From an uncultured Akkermansia sp. (GTDB lineage: Bacteria; Verrucomicrobiota; Verrucomicrobiia; Verrucomicrobiales; Akkermansiaceae): a stretch of DNA of 64,000 nt. The stretch spans positions 2,614-66,613 of the forward strand of contig CAJGDB010000001.1 of the NCBI GenBank assembly GCA_904502165.1, in the 5' to 3' direction. Both the position numbers and the translations under genes were made by a program. Below the pieces are notes generated by a model. It saw only the letters and a program-made list of their open reading frames with translations. It searched no databases and was not told where the DNA came from. This document shows positions 29,841 through 39,945 of this stretch, one piece after another (within the stretch, counting starts at the first letter, position 1; each line of letters starts with the position of its first letter).

Positions 29841-31307
29841 ATGCCTGTTTCTGATTACCTCGTGACCATTGGTCTGGAAGTTCATTGCCAGATTAAGACA
29901 GAGACCAAGATGTTCTGCTCCTGCAAGGCCGGCTTCGGTTATGAACCCAACACCAATGTATGCCCCACCTGCCTCGGAATGCCTGGTGCGCTGCCGGTGC
30001 TTAACCAGTATGCCATTGAACGCACCATTCTTACCGGCATGATGCTCGGTTGCAGCACTCCGCCTGTTTCCAAGTGGGACCGCAAGAATTATTTCTATGC
30101 CGACATGCCCAAGAACTACCAGACCAGCCAGCTCGATCTGCCGCTCTGCATCGGCGGCGAGGTGCCGCTGTATGCCTGGGCCTATCCGGCAGACTGCAAG
30201 GTGAATGCCGATGGCCCGGTGGTGAGGACGGTGAAGCTGGACCACATTCACCTCGAGGAAGATGCCGCCAAGCTGACGCATTACAACGGCTATTCTCTCG
30301 TCGATTACAACCGCGGCGGCACACCGCTCATGGAAATCGTCTCTGCGCCGGATCTCACCAGCCCGGAGGAAACCTATGCCTACCTCAAGAGCCTGCAGCA
30401 GATGATGATTTGCGCCGGTATCTCTGATGCCGATATGGAGAAGGGGCAGATGCGCTGCGACGTGAATGTCTCGCTGCGTCCCAAGGGACAGAAGGAACTG
30501 GGAGCCAAGATTGAGATGAAGAACATCAACTCCATGTCTGCTGCCCGCCGCGCTCTCATTTACGAGATTCACCGCCAGGCTGAGGAACTTGACATGGGCA
30601 TCGCACAGGTTCAGTCCACCCGCCGCTGGGATGACACCCTGGGTGAGAGCATCGTGATGCGTACCAAGGAAAACGCCCACGATTACCGCTACCATACCTG
30701 CCCGGATCTCATTCCGGTACACACAGCCCCGCTCGTGGAGAAAGTGAAGAACGAACTGCCCGAGCTGCCGGATGCCCTGCATGCCCGCCTGCAGAGCGAA
30801 TACGGCCTGCCTGTGGCAGATGCCAATACCCTGGTGGGTGATTTCAAACTCTGCCGTTACTTCGAGGAAGCCGCAGCCGGTAGCAAAGCTCCCCGCAAGG
30901 TGGCCAACTGGGTCATCAACAACCTGACATCGGTTCTGGCAGAGAAGGAGCTGACCATTGCCTCCTGTCCCCTTGCACCCAAGGCTCTTGCCGGGCTTGT
31001 GGATATCATTGAGGAGGGGCTTGTTTCCAACAACCAGGCCCGCGAAGTGCTCGATGTCATGTGGAACGCTCCCGCCATGAACGCGGCTGATGCCGCCGCC
31101 AGCCTTGGCTTCAAGAAGACGGATACCAATGCGCTGGATGCCGTGGTAGCCCAGGTGCTTGAGGAAAACCCGGACATGGTTGCCATTGTGAAGGGTGGCA
31201 ATATGAAGCTCATCAATGCCCTTACCGGCAAGGTCATGAAGGTGAGCAACCCGAAGCCAAATCCTAAGATGGTGACAGAAATCATCCTCGCCAGACTCGG
31301 TCTGTGA
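29841..31307 (+). CDS. gatB: Asp/Glu-tRNA amidotransferase subunit B
   Basis: IGLEVH, CLGMPGALPVLN, DRKNYFY, HLEEDA, RCDVNVS, KENAHDYRY. Confidence 0.96.
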   Translation: MPVSDYLVTIGLEVHCQIKTETKMFCSCKAGFGYEPNTNVCPTCLGMPGALPVLNQYAIERTILTGMMLGCSTPPVSKWDRKNYFYADMPKNYQTSQLDLPLCIGGEVPLYAWAYPADCKVNADGPVVRTVKLDHIHLEEDAAKLTHYNGYSLVDYNRGGTPLMEIVSAPDLTSPEETYAYLKSLQQMMICAGISDADMEKGQMRCDVNVSLRPKGQKELGAKIEMKNINSMSAARRALIYEIHRQAEELDMGIAQVQSTRRWDDTLGESIVMRTKENAHDYRYHTCPDLIPVHTAPLVEKVKNELPELPDALHARLQSEYGLPVADANTLVGDFKLCRYFEEAAAGSKAPRKVANWVINNLTSVLAEKELTIASCPLAPKALAGLVDIIEEGLVSNNQAREVLDVMWNAPAMNAADAAASLGFKKTDTNALDAVVAQVLEENPDMVAIVKGGNMKLINALTGKVMKVSNPKPNPKMVTEIILARLGL

Positions 31308-31339
31308 TGCTCTTCCCGAAACTTACTGCCAACCATACC

Positions 31340-31975
31340 ATGAAGAAGCTTGTAGAAATAATGAAGTCATCCGTGCTGGCTGGTGTCAGCGTGGGCATTG
31401 CCGGCTTTGGATACCTGGCTTCACGCGATGCCGGTTCCGGTTACATCGTTGCCCGCGAGCTTGTGGGGTCATTCCTGTTCTCCTTTGCCCTGCTTGCTGT
31501 GGTGAATTACAAGATGATGCTCTATACCGGTGCCTCCGGTTTTGTGAAGAAGGGGGAAATGGGCCGTCTGGGGCTCATTCTGCTGGGCAACATCATCGGC
31601 TGCCTTCTGGTGGCGCTCATGGCCCGTCTTTCCCTGATGCCGCTGCAGCAGACCGCCCAGAGCATTCTGGAATCCCGCCTTGCGCTCACTCCTCTCAATG
31701 GTGGTATTCTGGCCATTGGCTGCGGATTCATCATGACCACGGCAGTCACCTTCGGCCGCAAGGGAAACAACCTGCCACTCCTGATTGGTGTGCCGCTCTT
31801 CATTATCTGCGGCTTTCCCCACTGCGTTGCAGATGCTTTCTACTACCTGGCTGCTCCGTTGGATTTCTGGAAAGCTCATCTTGCAGAAATTCTGGTATTC
31901 TATCTCTCCATCGTCGTCGGCAATTTCATTGGTTGCAATTTCTACCGCATGATTATGGGTTCCAACCCGGAGTAA
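31340..31975 (+). CDS. Formate/nitrite transporter (FNT) family protein
   Basis: LYTG, LLGNIIGC, FIICGFPHCVADAFY, VGNFIG; about six TM helices. Confidence 0.8.
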   Translation: MKKLVEIMKSSVLAGVSVGIAGFGYLASRDAGSGYIVARELVGSFLFSFALLAVVNYKMMLYTGASGFVKKGEMGRLGLILLGNIIGCLLVALMARLSLMPLQQTAQSILESRLALTPLNGGILAIGCGFIMTTAVTFGRKGNNLPLLIGVPLFIICGFPHCVADAFYYLAAPLDFWKAHLAEILVFYLSIVVGNFIGCNFYRMIMGSNPE

Positions 31976-32000
31976 GCCTTCCTTGCCATTTTCTCTATGC

Positions 32001-32038
32001 AGAAACGCGCTGTCATGCATTCATGACAGCGCGTTTCT
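32001..32038. terminator. Perfect 17-bp hairpin between convergent genes
   Basis: AGAAACGCGCTGTCATG-catt-CATGACAGCGCGTTTCT. Confidence 0.75.
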
Positions 32039-32064
32039 TATGAATCTTCCGGGCAGGGGGGGGA

Positions 32065-34224
32065 TTATTCCTTTTCCTCTGTCCCCTGCAGGTTTTCTTT
32101 CAGGAAGTTCAGTAGGTAATCCGGAGTCAGCAGTTCTGCGGTCACCACGGGGTCCTTGCCGGGCAGGTAAAGCGCGTTCACCGGCACAGAACTGCGGTTC
32201 AGCTGGCGCATGGCTTCATCAATGGCTTTATCGGGCTTGGTTTTGTCTGCCCGCATCAGCACCACACCGGCCTTGTTCATTGCAGCGTATACCTCATCAG
32301 TGTATGCAATCTTCTTATTGGCCTGGCAGGTGGCACACCATTTGGCCGTGAAATCCACAAAGACAGGAGACTCCTCATCAAGCGCCTCTTCCATAGCCTC
32401 GGGTGACCACACTATCCATTCTGGCTTGCTGTCATCATGCTCAAAGGGGCGGGCTCCCCAGAAACCGGCACCCACAAGCACCAGGGCCAGAATGTAGCCG
32501 GTGATACGGGAGGAAAGAGGGCGGAACGGCAGACACCAGCGGCCGTATACCCAGAAACCGGCGCTGAATACCACCAGAGACATATTGACCCACATGGTCG
32601 CAGCACTTTCGCTTTCCGGCCAGAAAGCAAGGTAGACATCCAGCATCCAGGCCGCGGCCGCAAACAGCAGGAAGGAGAGACCCTGCTTCAGCGATTCCAT
32701 CCATTCGCCGGGCTGCGGCAGCAGACGCACCAGACTGGGGAACAGACCCAGTACAATGTACGGGAAGGAAAGCCCGAGAGCCATGAAGGTGAGGGCAACA
32801 GTCATCCACACACCGGGCAGGGCCATGGCTGCGGGCAGGGCTGCACCCAGGAAGGGGGCGCTGCACGGCGTGGCTACAACTGTAACAAAGAAGCCCTGGA
32901 AGAACGAGCCGGTGAGGCCCTCCTTATTCTGCACACCCTGGCCAGCCCCGGTAATGCCGGCACCGATTTCAAACACACCGAACATGCTCAGCCCCAGCAC
33001 CAGCAGCAGGAGCATAATGGCATAGACAATCCAGGGATTCTGCATCCATACAGCCCAGCTGCGGGTAGAGGAGCCTGCATCATTCCACAGGGTGGAGAAC
33101 CAGTCTGTCCACGGAACTTCTGCCAGCGTTCCCATATTGGAAAACACAATCATGAGAACCGAGATGATCCAGAATGAAACCAGTACCCCCAGCACGAAGG
33201 AGAGCGAGTGGGCAAACACCTTGCGGCGGCTGCCTCCACCCATCTGTACAAAGCTCATGACCTTGAGCCCGATAACCGGGAATACGCAGGGCATCAGGTT
33301 CAGGATGAGCCCCCCGATGAACAGGGAAAGACAGAGCGTACCGAGCCCTTCCGGCAAACCAACGGTAGTTGCCACAGGGGCAGGGGGCGCGAAGGTGGTG
33401 TTGACCGCGCAATGCTTGTCTCCGAACACGAGTACGCCTTCCAGCGTGGAAAGCGATTGGCCTACCACGGCTTCATTTTTTACCGGATACATGGGGTCGC
33501 TGTTGTCATTGCGGGTCAGCACCAGGGTGTAGCTGCCATCGGCATTGGCTGTGAGCGACTGCTGCGCCGTGGGTGAAATGCTGTTGTCTGCCGAGAAGAA
33601 ATAGGCAGAGGTGATGCCTGGTTCAGCCGTGAAGCTCAGACTCACGCTGTTGCCCTGCTGGGTTGCGCTGATGGAGGTGGGGGTGTCACCCAGCCCTTCC
33701 ACTTTCTTTTCCTCGCCTCCCCATGTCGAGGCATCTGCGGCAGCTCCTGCCGTCATCGCCAGAGTTGTGGTCTTTGTTTCCGGGGCATTGCAGCCTTCAT
33801 CGGAGCAAGTCTGAGCCGTTGCTGTCAGCGTGAAATCGGCCTGCGCCGGGGCATCTGCAGCAGGAGTCACCTCCCATACCACGACGGCATGCTCATAGGT
33901 ATAGGCCACACCCAGCACCCCTTCGTGGCGGTGCGGAATCTGCCAGTAGGGACCGCTTATGGTGAAGCCGGCCGGGGCTGTCAGTTCTGCGGTCATGGCC
34001 TCGCCCACGGTGCCGGGGTTGCGCCAGTAAGCATGCCAGGGAGCTGTGAAATCAGCCTTCAGCGCCACATAGAAAGGCTTACCCGGCTGGTAACTCTGCA
34101 CGCTGGCCGCCGCATTTACGCTCATGGTTTCCGGGGCCTCAAAGCCCATCATCCCATCAAATTGGGCGAGGCTCTGCCCGCAGCAGAGCAACAGGGAAAG
34201 AACAAGACTGCGTAAGATGTTCAT
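32065..34224 (-). CDS. dsbD: Thiol:disulfide interchange protein, DsbD family
   Basis: HAYWRNPG N-domain, LNLMPCVFPV, ATPCSAPFLG, DFTAKWCATCQ thioredoxin domain. Confidence 0.88.
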   Translation of the reverse strand: MNILRSLVLSLLLCCGQSLAQFDGMMGFEAPETMSVNAAASVQSYQPGKPFYVALKADFTAPWHAYWRNPGTVGEAMTAELTAPAGFTISGPYWQIPHRHEGVLGVAYTYEHAVVVWEVTPAADAPAQADFTLTATAQTCSDEGCNAPETKTTTLAMTAGAAADASTWGGEEKKVEGLGDTPTSISATQQGNSVSLSFTAEPGITSAYFFSADNSISPTAQQSLTANADGSYTLVLTRNDNSDPMYPVKNEAVVGQSLSTLEGVLVFGDKHCAVNTTFAPPAPVATTVGLPEGLGTLCLSLFIGGLILNLMPCVFPVIGLKVMSFVQMGGGSRRKVFAHSLSFVLGVLVSFWIISVLMIVFSNMGTLAEVPWTDWFSTLWNDAGSSTRSWAVWMQNPWIVYAIMLLLLVLGLSMFGVFEIGAGITGAGQGVQNKEGLTGSFFQGFFVTVVATPCSAPFLGAALPAAMALPGVWMTVALTFMALGLSFPYIVLGLFPSLVRLLPQPGEWMESLKQGLSFLLFAAAAWMLDVYLAFWPESESAATMWVNMSLVVFSAGFWVYGRWCLPFRPLSSRITGYILALVLVGAGFWGARPFEHDDSKPEWIVWSPEAMEEALDEESPVFVDFTAKWCATCQANKKIAYTDEVYAAMNKAGVVLMRADKTKPDKAIDEAMRQLNRSSVPVNALYLPGKDPVVTAELLTPDYLLNFLKENLQGTEEKE

Positions 34225-34269
34225 GCGCCCATCCTACCACAGAAACATTCACCCATGCAAGCTAACTTT

Positions 34270-36273
34270 TCAATCCTCAGCCAGCAGGTCACGCATGGAA
34301 GAGAAGAAATCCGCACATTCATCCTCCGATGCGGGGGATTTCATGAGTTTGTCGTAGTCCACAAACTCATACATGTGCCTGGGAATCTCGTGGATGAAGC
34401 TGGAGGGCTGGCAGCGTTCCTCCTGTCCGTAGCGGCTGCGCTTGGCGCAGTAAGTCATGGTCAGGCGCTCGCGGGCGCGGGTGATGCCCACGTAGAACAG
34501 GCGGCGCTCTTCGTCCAGACTCCCTTCATCTACCGAGCGGGTATGCGGCAGCAGTCCTTCCTCCACCCCCACGATGTAGACCTGGGGGAACTCCAGTCCC
34601 TTGGCGGCGTGCATGGTGATGAGGCATACGCCGCTCTTGCTTTCGATGTCATCCTCGTCGCGGGAGTCATCCAGGCAGATGCCCGCCAGGAAGTCGGTGA
34701 GCTTGTGGCCGGGCAGCCAGTACTGGCGCAGCGCCACCTTGATGTCATCTATGGCCGCCTGGCGGCGCATCTTCTCCTCCTCAGTCTTGCAGTTCCTGGC
34801 TATGTATTCCTCATAGCCGGTCTCATTGAGGAAATCCTGCAGAATATCCACAAAGGGGCGCTCGCTGGCAGCAAATTCCGAACCATAGCGCGTGACCAGC
34901 TCGGTGAAAGACTCGATGCTGTTCTGGGAACGCGTGGAGCATTCGGTCAGGAATTCAAGATCCACCAGTGTGGCCCACAGGCTCTTCTTGTGCTCGCGGC
35001 TCCAGTCAATAGCAAAGGAGGCCGTGGTGGGTGAGATGCCTCGGGGCGGGGTGTTGAGCACACGCAGCAGGTGCAGGTCGGCATCCGGGTTATCCATCAT
35101 CTGCAGATAACTCAGCAGGTCCTTCACCTCGCGGCGGTCAAAGAAGCTCTTGGTGCCTACCATGCGGTAGGGTATATGGCGCTCGCGCATGGCCATTTCC
35201 AGCGCCCGGCTCTGGGCATTGGCGCGGAAGAGAATGGCAAAGGCCTCCCAGGGCAGGCTCTGGCGGGCACGGAACTGCTCAATCTCATCGGCAATGAATT
35301 CGGCTTCTTCCTGAGACCCGGGCATGGCCATCAGGCGTACCGGGAATTCGCCATCCTTGTTTGTGCGGAGCGTCTTTTCGCGGCGCCCGGCGTTGTGGCG
35401 GATGAGGGCATTGGCGCAATCCAGTACCTGCCGGGTGCAGCGGTAATTTTCTTCCAGCTTGATGACCGTCGGGTTGGGGAAGAAGCTTTCAAAGTCCAGA
35501 ATGTTCGAAATCTGTGCGCCACGCCAGCCATAGATGGACTGGTCGTCATCGCCCACCACGCACACATTGTGTTCCGGACCTACCAGCTGGCGCAGCAGGC
35601 TCATCTGCAGAGAGTTCGTGTCCTGGAACTCATCAACCGTTATATAAGAGAATCGCTTGTTCCATTTCTCATGAATGGTGGGGTAGCAGCGCAGCAGGCG
35701 TTCCGTCAGAATGAGCAGGTCATCGAAATCGACCGCATTCTGGGCTTTGAGCTCGCGCATGTAGGCCTTTGAAACTGCGGCAATCAGGGAATCCTCAATG
35801 TGGTCCACCTCCAGCCCGTTGTTTCGCACACGCGACATTTCTGCCAGCACCTGAGCGGGTTCGAGTTTCTCGCGGCGGGCGCCGTATTCCATGATGAGTC
35901 GCTTGAGCAGCCCGCTCTGGTCGCTGCCGGTGTAGATGGAAAAGTTTTCCTTATAACCCAGCCTGCCGATATCCTGCCGCAGAATGCGTACACAGAGCGA
36001 GTGGAATGTGCAGACTGTCATCTGGCGCGCCGCTTTGCGCTCCACCAGCCCGGCTACGCGGTCGGCCATTTCATTGGCCGCTTTGTTGGTGAAGGTAAGG
36101 GCCAGTATACCACGCGGATTCACACCTTTGGCAATCATGTTGGCGATACGGCAGGTCACGGTGCGGGTCTTGCCAGTGCCGGCACCGGCCAGAATGAGCA
36201 CCGGGCCGTTGAGGGTCTGCACGGCTTGTTTCTGGGCGGCGTTCAGGCTGTTGATGTCGAATTTCTCTGCCAT
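34270..36273 (-). CDS. uvrD: UvrD/Rep/PcrA family DNA helicase
   Basis: LAGAGTGKT, VDEFQDTN, VGDDDQSIYGWRGA, HAAKGLEF, EERRLFYVGITRAR. Confidence 0.92.
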   Translation of the reverse strand: MAEKFDINSLNAAQKQAVQTLNGPVLILAGAGTGKTRTVTCRIANMIAKGVNPRGILALTFTNKAANEMADRVAGLVERKAARQMTVCTFHSLCVRILRQDIGRLGYKENFSIYTGSDQSGLLKRLIMEYGARREKLEPAQVLAEMSRVRNNGLEVDHIEDSLIAAVSKAYMRELKAQNAVDFDDLLILTERLLRCYPTIHEKWNKRFSYITVDEFQDTNSLQMSLLRQLVGPEHNVCVVGDDDQSIYGWRGAQISNILDFESFFPNPTVIKLEENYRCTRQVLDCANALIRHNAGRREKTLRTNKDGEFPVRLMAMPGSQEEAEFIADEIEQFRARQSLPWEAFAILFRANAQSRALEMAMRERHIPYRMVGTKSFFDRREVKDLLSYLQMMDNPDADLHLLRVLNTPPRGISPTTASFAIDWSREHKKSLWATLVDLEFLTECSTRSQNSIESFTELVTRYGSEFAASERPFVDILQDFLNETGYEEYIARNCKTEEEKMRRQAAIDDIKVALRQYWLPGHKLTDFLAGICLDDSRDEDDIESKSGVCLITMHAAKGLEFPQVYIVGVEEGLLPHTRSVDEGSLDEERRLFYVGITRARERLTMTYCAKRSRYGQEERCQPSSFIHEIPRHMYEFVDYDKLMKSPASEDECADFFSSMRDLLAED

Positions 36274-36377
36274 GGTCTGCGGGCGGCAAAAGGGTAGCAG
36301 ATTCCCCGTCCGGGTGCAAGTGTATTTGATGTCCGATTGGCGAATTAGCAATGGCAGCTGATGCCGGGACTCGTGTG

Positions 36378-36410
36378 AAAAAGCCGTCTCCCGGTCTGGG
36401 GAGACGGCTT
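36378..36410 (-). terminator. Intrinsic terminator after gpmI
   Basis: AAGCCGTCTCCC-ggtctg-GGGAGACGGCTT with T-run on minus strand. Confidence 0.75.
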
Positions 36411-36437
36411 GGAATGGAAATTCTGCTCAGGGGGAGC

Positions 36438-37970
36438 TTACTTCACCAGGCTGTGGCCCGTCATCTCTGCCGGCTGCTCGAGCCCCAGAAGGTGCAGCAG
36501 CGTGGGCGAGATGTCAGCCAGAATACCATCGCTCAGGGTGATGGAGTCCTGGTCAGGGCCGCAGTAAATGAGGTCAACAAGGTTCGTGGTGTGAGCCGTG
36601 TTAGGCGAACCATCCGGGTTGAGCATGTTCTCGCAGTTGCCGTGGTCGGCGCAGATGAGGCAGCAGCCGCCCAGCTCAAGAATCTTGTTCACGCTCTTCT
36701 CCAGGGCTGCATCCACCGCCTCACAGGCAGCAATGCCGGCTTCGAGGTAGCCCGTGTGGCCCACCATGTCGGGGTTAGCGAAGTTCATGATGGCAATGTC
36801 GTAGTTGCCAATGGCTTCCACGAACTTATCGGCCACCTCGCCCACACTCATCTGGGGCTTCTGGTCGTAGGTAGCCACCTCGCGGGGAGAGGGAACCAGA
36901 ATGCGGTCCTCGCCCTCGTACTGGGTTTCCACACCACCATTGAAGAAGAAGGTCACGTGGGCATATTTTTCCGTTTCAGCAATGCGGAGCTGCTTGAGCC
37001 CGGCCTTGGAGATGACCTCTCCCAGAATATTGGTGAGCTGCTCCTGCTCAAATACCACCGGAGTGGGGTAGCAGGCCTCGTATTCGGACATGGTCACATA
37101 GTGAACCTTGGGCTGTACCGTGCGGTCGAAGCCGTCGAAGTCCTCATAGATGAAGGCGCGGGAAAGCTCTCGGGCGCGGTCTGCACGGAAGTTGAAGAAG
37201 TACACCACATCGCCATCGCGCACGCGCTGCGTATCAGCCTCCACGAATACGGCCGGCTTCATGAACTCGTCCGTTACGCCGTCCTCATAGCTCTTGCGGG
37301 CATATTCGGCGGGGGAGCAGGTGCAGGCCTCGCCCTTGCCGAGCACAATGGCATCCCAGCCAATCTGCACACGGTCCCAGCGCTTGTCGCGGTCCATGGC
37401 AAAGAAGCGGCCCACCACGGTGGCAATCTTTGCACCATAGGGAGCCACGGCTTCCTCAAGCTGCTGCAGGAAACCGGCACCGCTCTTGGGGTCGGTGTCG
37501 CGGCCGTCCATAATGGCGTGGATGCAGATATCCTTCACACCGGCTTCGGCAGCAATCTTCACCAGGCCGATAAGGTGCTCGATGTGGGAGTGTACACCGC
37601 CGTCGGACACAAGGCCCATGAGGTGCAGGCGGGAAGCGGCAGCCTTGGCACAGGCATCCACAATCACAGGATTCTTAGCCAGAGAACCATCGTTGATGGC
37701 GTTGGTGATGCGGCAGAGGTCCTGGAACACCACGCGGCCGGCACCCAGGTTCAGGTGGCCTACTTCGGAGTTACCCATCTGCCCGTCGGGCAGACCTACA
37801 TCCTGACCGGAAGCACCCAGCATCATGTGCGGGCAGGTGGCCAGCAGTTTGTCGGTAAAAGGAGTCTTGGCGAGAACGGTAGCATCGCCGGTTTGATTGG
37901 CGGCTTCCGGGCCCTGCGGATTGCGGCCCCAGCCGTCGCGGATAATCAGTACTACGGGTTTATTTGCCAT
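36438..37970 (-). CDS. gpmI: 2,3-bisphosphoglycerate-independent phosphoglycerate mutase
   Basis: IRDGWG, GQMGNSEVGH, SDGGVHSH, AMDRDKRW, NPDMVGHTG, ADHGN. Confidence 0.97.
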   Translation of the reverse strand: MANKPVVLIIRDGWGRNPQGPEAANQTGDATVLAKTPFTDKLLATCPHMMLGASGQDVGLPDGQMGNSEVGHLNLGAGRVVFQDLCRITNAINDGSLAKNPVIVDACAKAAASRLHLMGLVSDGGVHSHIEHLIGLVKIAAEAGVKDICIHAIMDGRDTDPKSGAGFLQQLEEAVAPYGAKIATVVGRFFAMDRDKRWDRVQIGWDAIVLGKGEACTCSPAEYARKSYEDGVTDEFMKPAVFVEADTQRVRDGDVVYFFNFRADRARELSRAFIYEDFDGFDRTVQPKVHYVTMSEYEACYPTPVVFEQEQLTNILGEVISKAGLKQLRIAETEKYAHVTFFFNGGVETQYEGEDRILVPSPREVATYDQKPQMSVGEVADKFVEAIGNYDIAIMNFANPDMVGHTGYLEAGIAACEAVDAALEKSVNKILELGGCCLICADHGNCENMLNPDGSPNTAHTTNLVDLIYCGPDQDSITLSDGILADISPTLLHLLGLEQPAEMTGHSLVK

Positions 37971-37976
37971 GCGGCT

Positions 37977-38005
37977 ATTCTAGCATTTATCCGCTCCCAT
38001 GTGAA
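37977..38005 (-). promoter_or_regulatory. sigma70-type promoter for gpmI (leaderless geometry)
   Basis: TTCACA-17nt-TAGAAT (extended TG), 6 nt before ATG. Confidence 0.65.
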
Positions 38006-38304
38006 GCCTAAAAATTCTATAGCAATTTCCTGGACTGCACAGCGCGGAAGGGGGGCAAAGCGCTACTTGCAGGAATGACGCTTCTTTTTTCTGCCTTTTC
38101 CGGAGGCGTTGAGCAGAATGGCGGACTTGAGCCCCTTTCTTCACGTGCTTTCTGATGGCATGTTTCTTGTAGGGCAGAACCAGACGAGGAGTAGCCATGG
38201 ACAGCAGATGCAGGTGAGTAAAAAATGCATTGTTTGTAAAATGAGAACAGGACGTGACGCATATGGCGCTTGCGCGGGCGGGAAGCTGTGTTAGAATAGT
38301 GCGC

Positions 38305-39945
38305 GTGAAGCTTCTGCCTGCCATTTGTCTGAGTGTCTGCGCCCTGTTGCTGGCAGGGTGCGGGGATTCCCGCAGCTCTGCAGAGAAAGCGGCGGCACAG
38401 GGGGTTCTCATTGTAGGCAACAACCAGGAACCCATGAGCCTTGACCCCCACAAGGCTACCGCTGTGGCAGATGGCAAGATTATCTCAACCCTGCTGGAAG
38501 GGCTTGTGCGCCCCGATGCACAGGATGCCACCCGCATTCTGCCCGGCATGGCTGAACGCTGGGAGCACGATGCCAGCGCCACGCGGTGGATATTCCACCT
38601 GCGCCATGCCCTCTGGAGCGATGGCAAGGCGGTCACCGCGCACGATTTTGAATACGCCTACAAGCGCCTGCTGCATCCGCAGTTCGGCGGTAAGTACGCA
38701 GAAATGCTCTACCCGCTCCGGAATGCCGAAGCTTACAACCGCGGCCAGCTGCCGTGGGAGCAGGTGGGCGTGCGGGCTCTGAATGAGCATACCCTGGAGC
38801 TGGAACTCAGTGGGCCGACCCCGCACCTGCTGCACATGCTGCTGCACTTTACCTGGAGCCCGGTACCGGCGCATGCGGTAGAGGCGCATGGCGGCATGCT
38901 CGACCGCCGGAGCCTGTGGAGCAGGGCTGGTAACTGGGTGGGGAATGGTGCCTATGTGCTGGAATCGCACCATTTCAATGATTACTTGTCTGTTACCGCT
39001 AATCCCCGTTACTGGCGGGCTGGCGAAGTCTGCAACCGGGGAATCCGTTTCCTGCCCATCGTGAATGGTTACACCGAAACCCGCATGTTCATGGATGGAA
39101 AGCTGCATATTTCCAACAATGTGCCGCCGGAGCTGCTGAGTGTGGCCCGGCAGAAATGCCCTGAATCCTACTGCCAGGATCCCTACTACTGCACTATTTT
39201 TTACCGCCTCAACACCAGCCGTCCACCTCTGGATGATGTGCGTGTGCGCCGGGCGCTCTCGCTGGCCATTGACCGCAATTCACTGGTGCGCGATGTTGTG
39301 CGTGGTGCTGGTCGCCCTGCCGCTTCATTTACCCCGCCGGGGGCCGGGTACAGCGTAGAAGTACCTGCCGCCTGGAACCGCCGGGTGCAGGCAGAACAGG
39401 CCCGCCGCCTGCTGGCAGAGGCAGGGTACCCCGAAGGCCGCGGCTTCCCCACGCTGGAAATCATGACCACCAGCCGCGATGTGCAGCGCGTGATGGCCGA
39501 GACCATTCAGGCCATGTGGCTGAAGGAACTGGGGATTCATGTGGAGATACGCGCCTGCGAATGGACGGCATACAAGGCGGCCCAGCAGAACGGGGAGTAT
39601 GATATTTCCTCATCCTCCTGGAGCGGTGACTTTCTGGACCCTGCCACCTTTGTGGAGCTTTGGCGCAGCGGGGGTGGCAACAACTGCACCGGCTGGGGCA
39701 GCGCAGAATGTGATGCCGCGCTGGCAGCTGCGCGTAACTGCGGCTCTGCGGAGGAACGCCGAGCCCACCTCTGCCGGGCAGAACTGAGCATGCTGGAGGC
39801 ACAGCCTGTCATTCCGCTCTACTGGAGTGAACGCACCTACCTTAAATCCCCCACAGTGAGCGGCTGGTACCCGCTTCTGCTCGACAACCACCCGCTCGAT
39901 GCTGTGAAGGTGAATCGTGAAACCTGCAACCCGTCAATCAAATAG
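38305..39945 (+). CDS. oppA: Oligopeptide ABC transporter substrate-binding lipoprotein
   Basis: Lipobox LLAGC, EPMSLDP, WSDGKAVTAHDF, DVRVRRALSLAIDR; TGtTAGAAT 7 nt before GTG 38305. Confidence 0.9.
   Translation: MKLLPAICLSVCALLLAGCGDSRSSAEKAAAQGVLIVGNNQEPMSLDPHKATAVADGKIISTLLEGLVRPDAQDATRILPGMAERWEHDASATRWIFHLRHALWSDGKAVTAHDFEYAYKRLLHPQFGGKYAEMLYPLRNAEAYNRGQLPWEQVGVRALNEHTLELELSGPTPHLLHMLLHFTWSPVPAHAVEAHGGMLDRRSLWSRAGNWVGNGAYVLESHHFNDYLSVTANPRYWRAGEVCNRGIRFLPIVNGYTETRMFMDGKLHISNNVPPELLSVARQKCPESYCQDPYYCTIFYRLNTSRPPLDDVRVRRALSLAIDRNSLVRDVVRGAGRPAASFTPPGAGYSVEVPAAWNRRVQAEQARRLLAEAGYPEGRGFPTLEIMTTSRDVQRVMAETIQAMWLKELGIHVEIRACEWTAYKAAQQNGEYDISSSSWSGDFLDPATFVELWRSGGGNNCTGWGSAECDAALAAARNCGSAEERRAHLCRAELSMLEAQPVIPLYWSERTYLKSPTVSGWYPLLLDNHPLDAVKVNRETCNPSIK

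Noticed and set aside
32001..32038. 17-bp hairpin as MITE or REP element
   Set aside because: Single copy noticed; position between convergent genes fits a terminator
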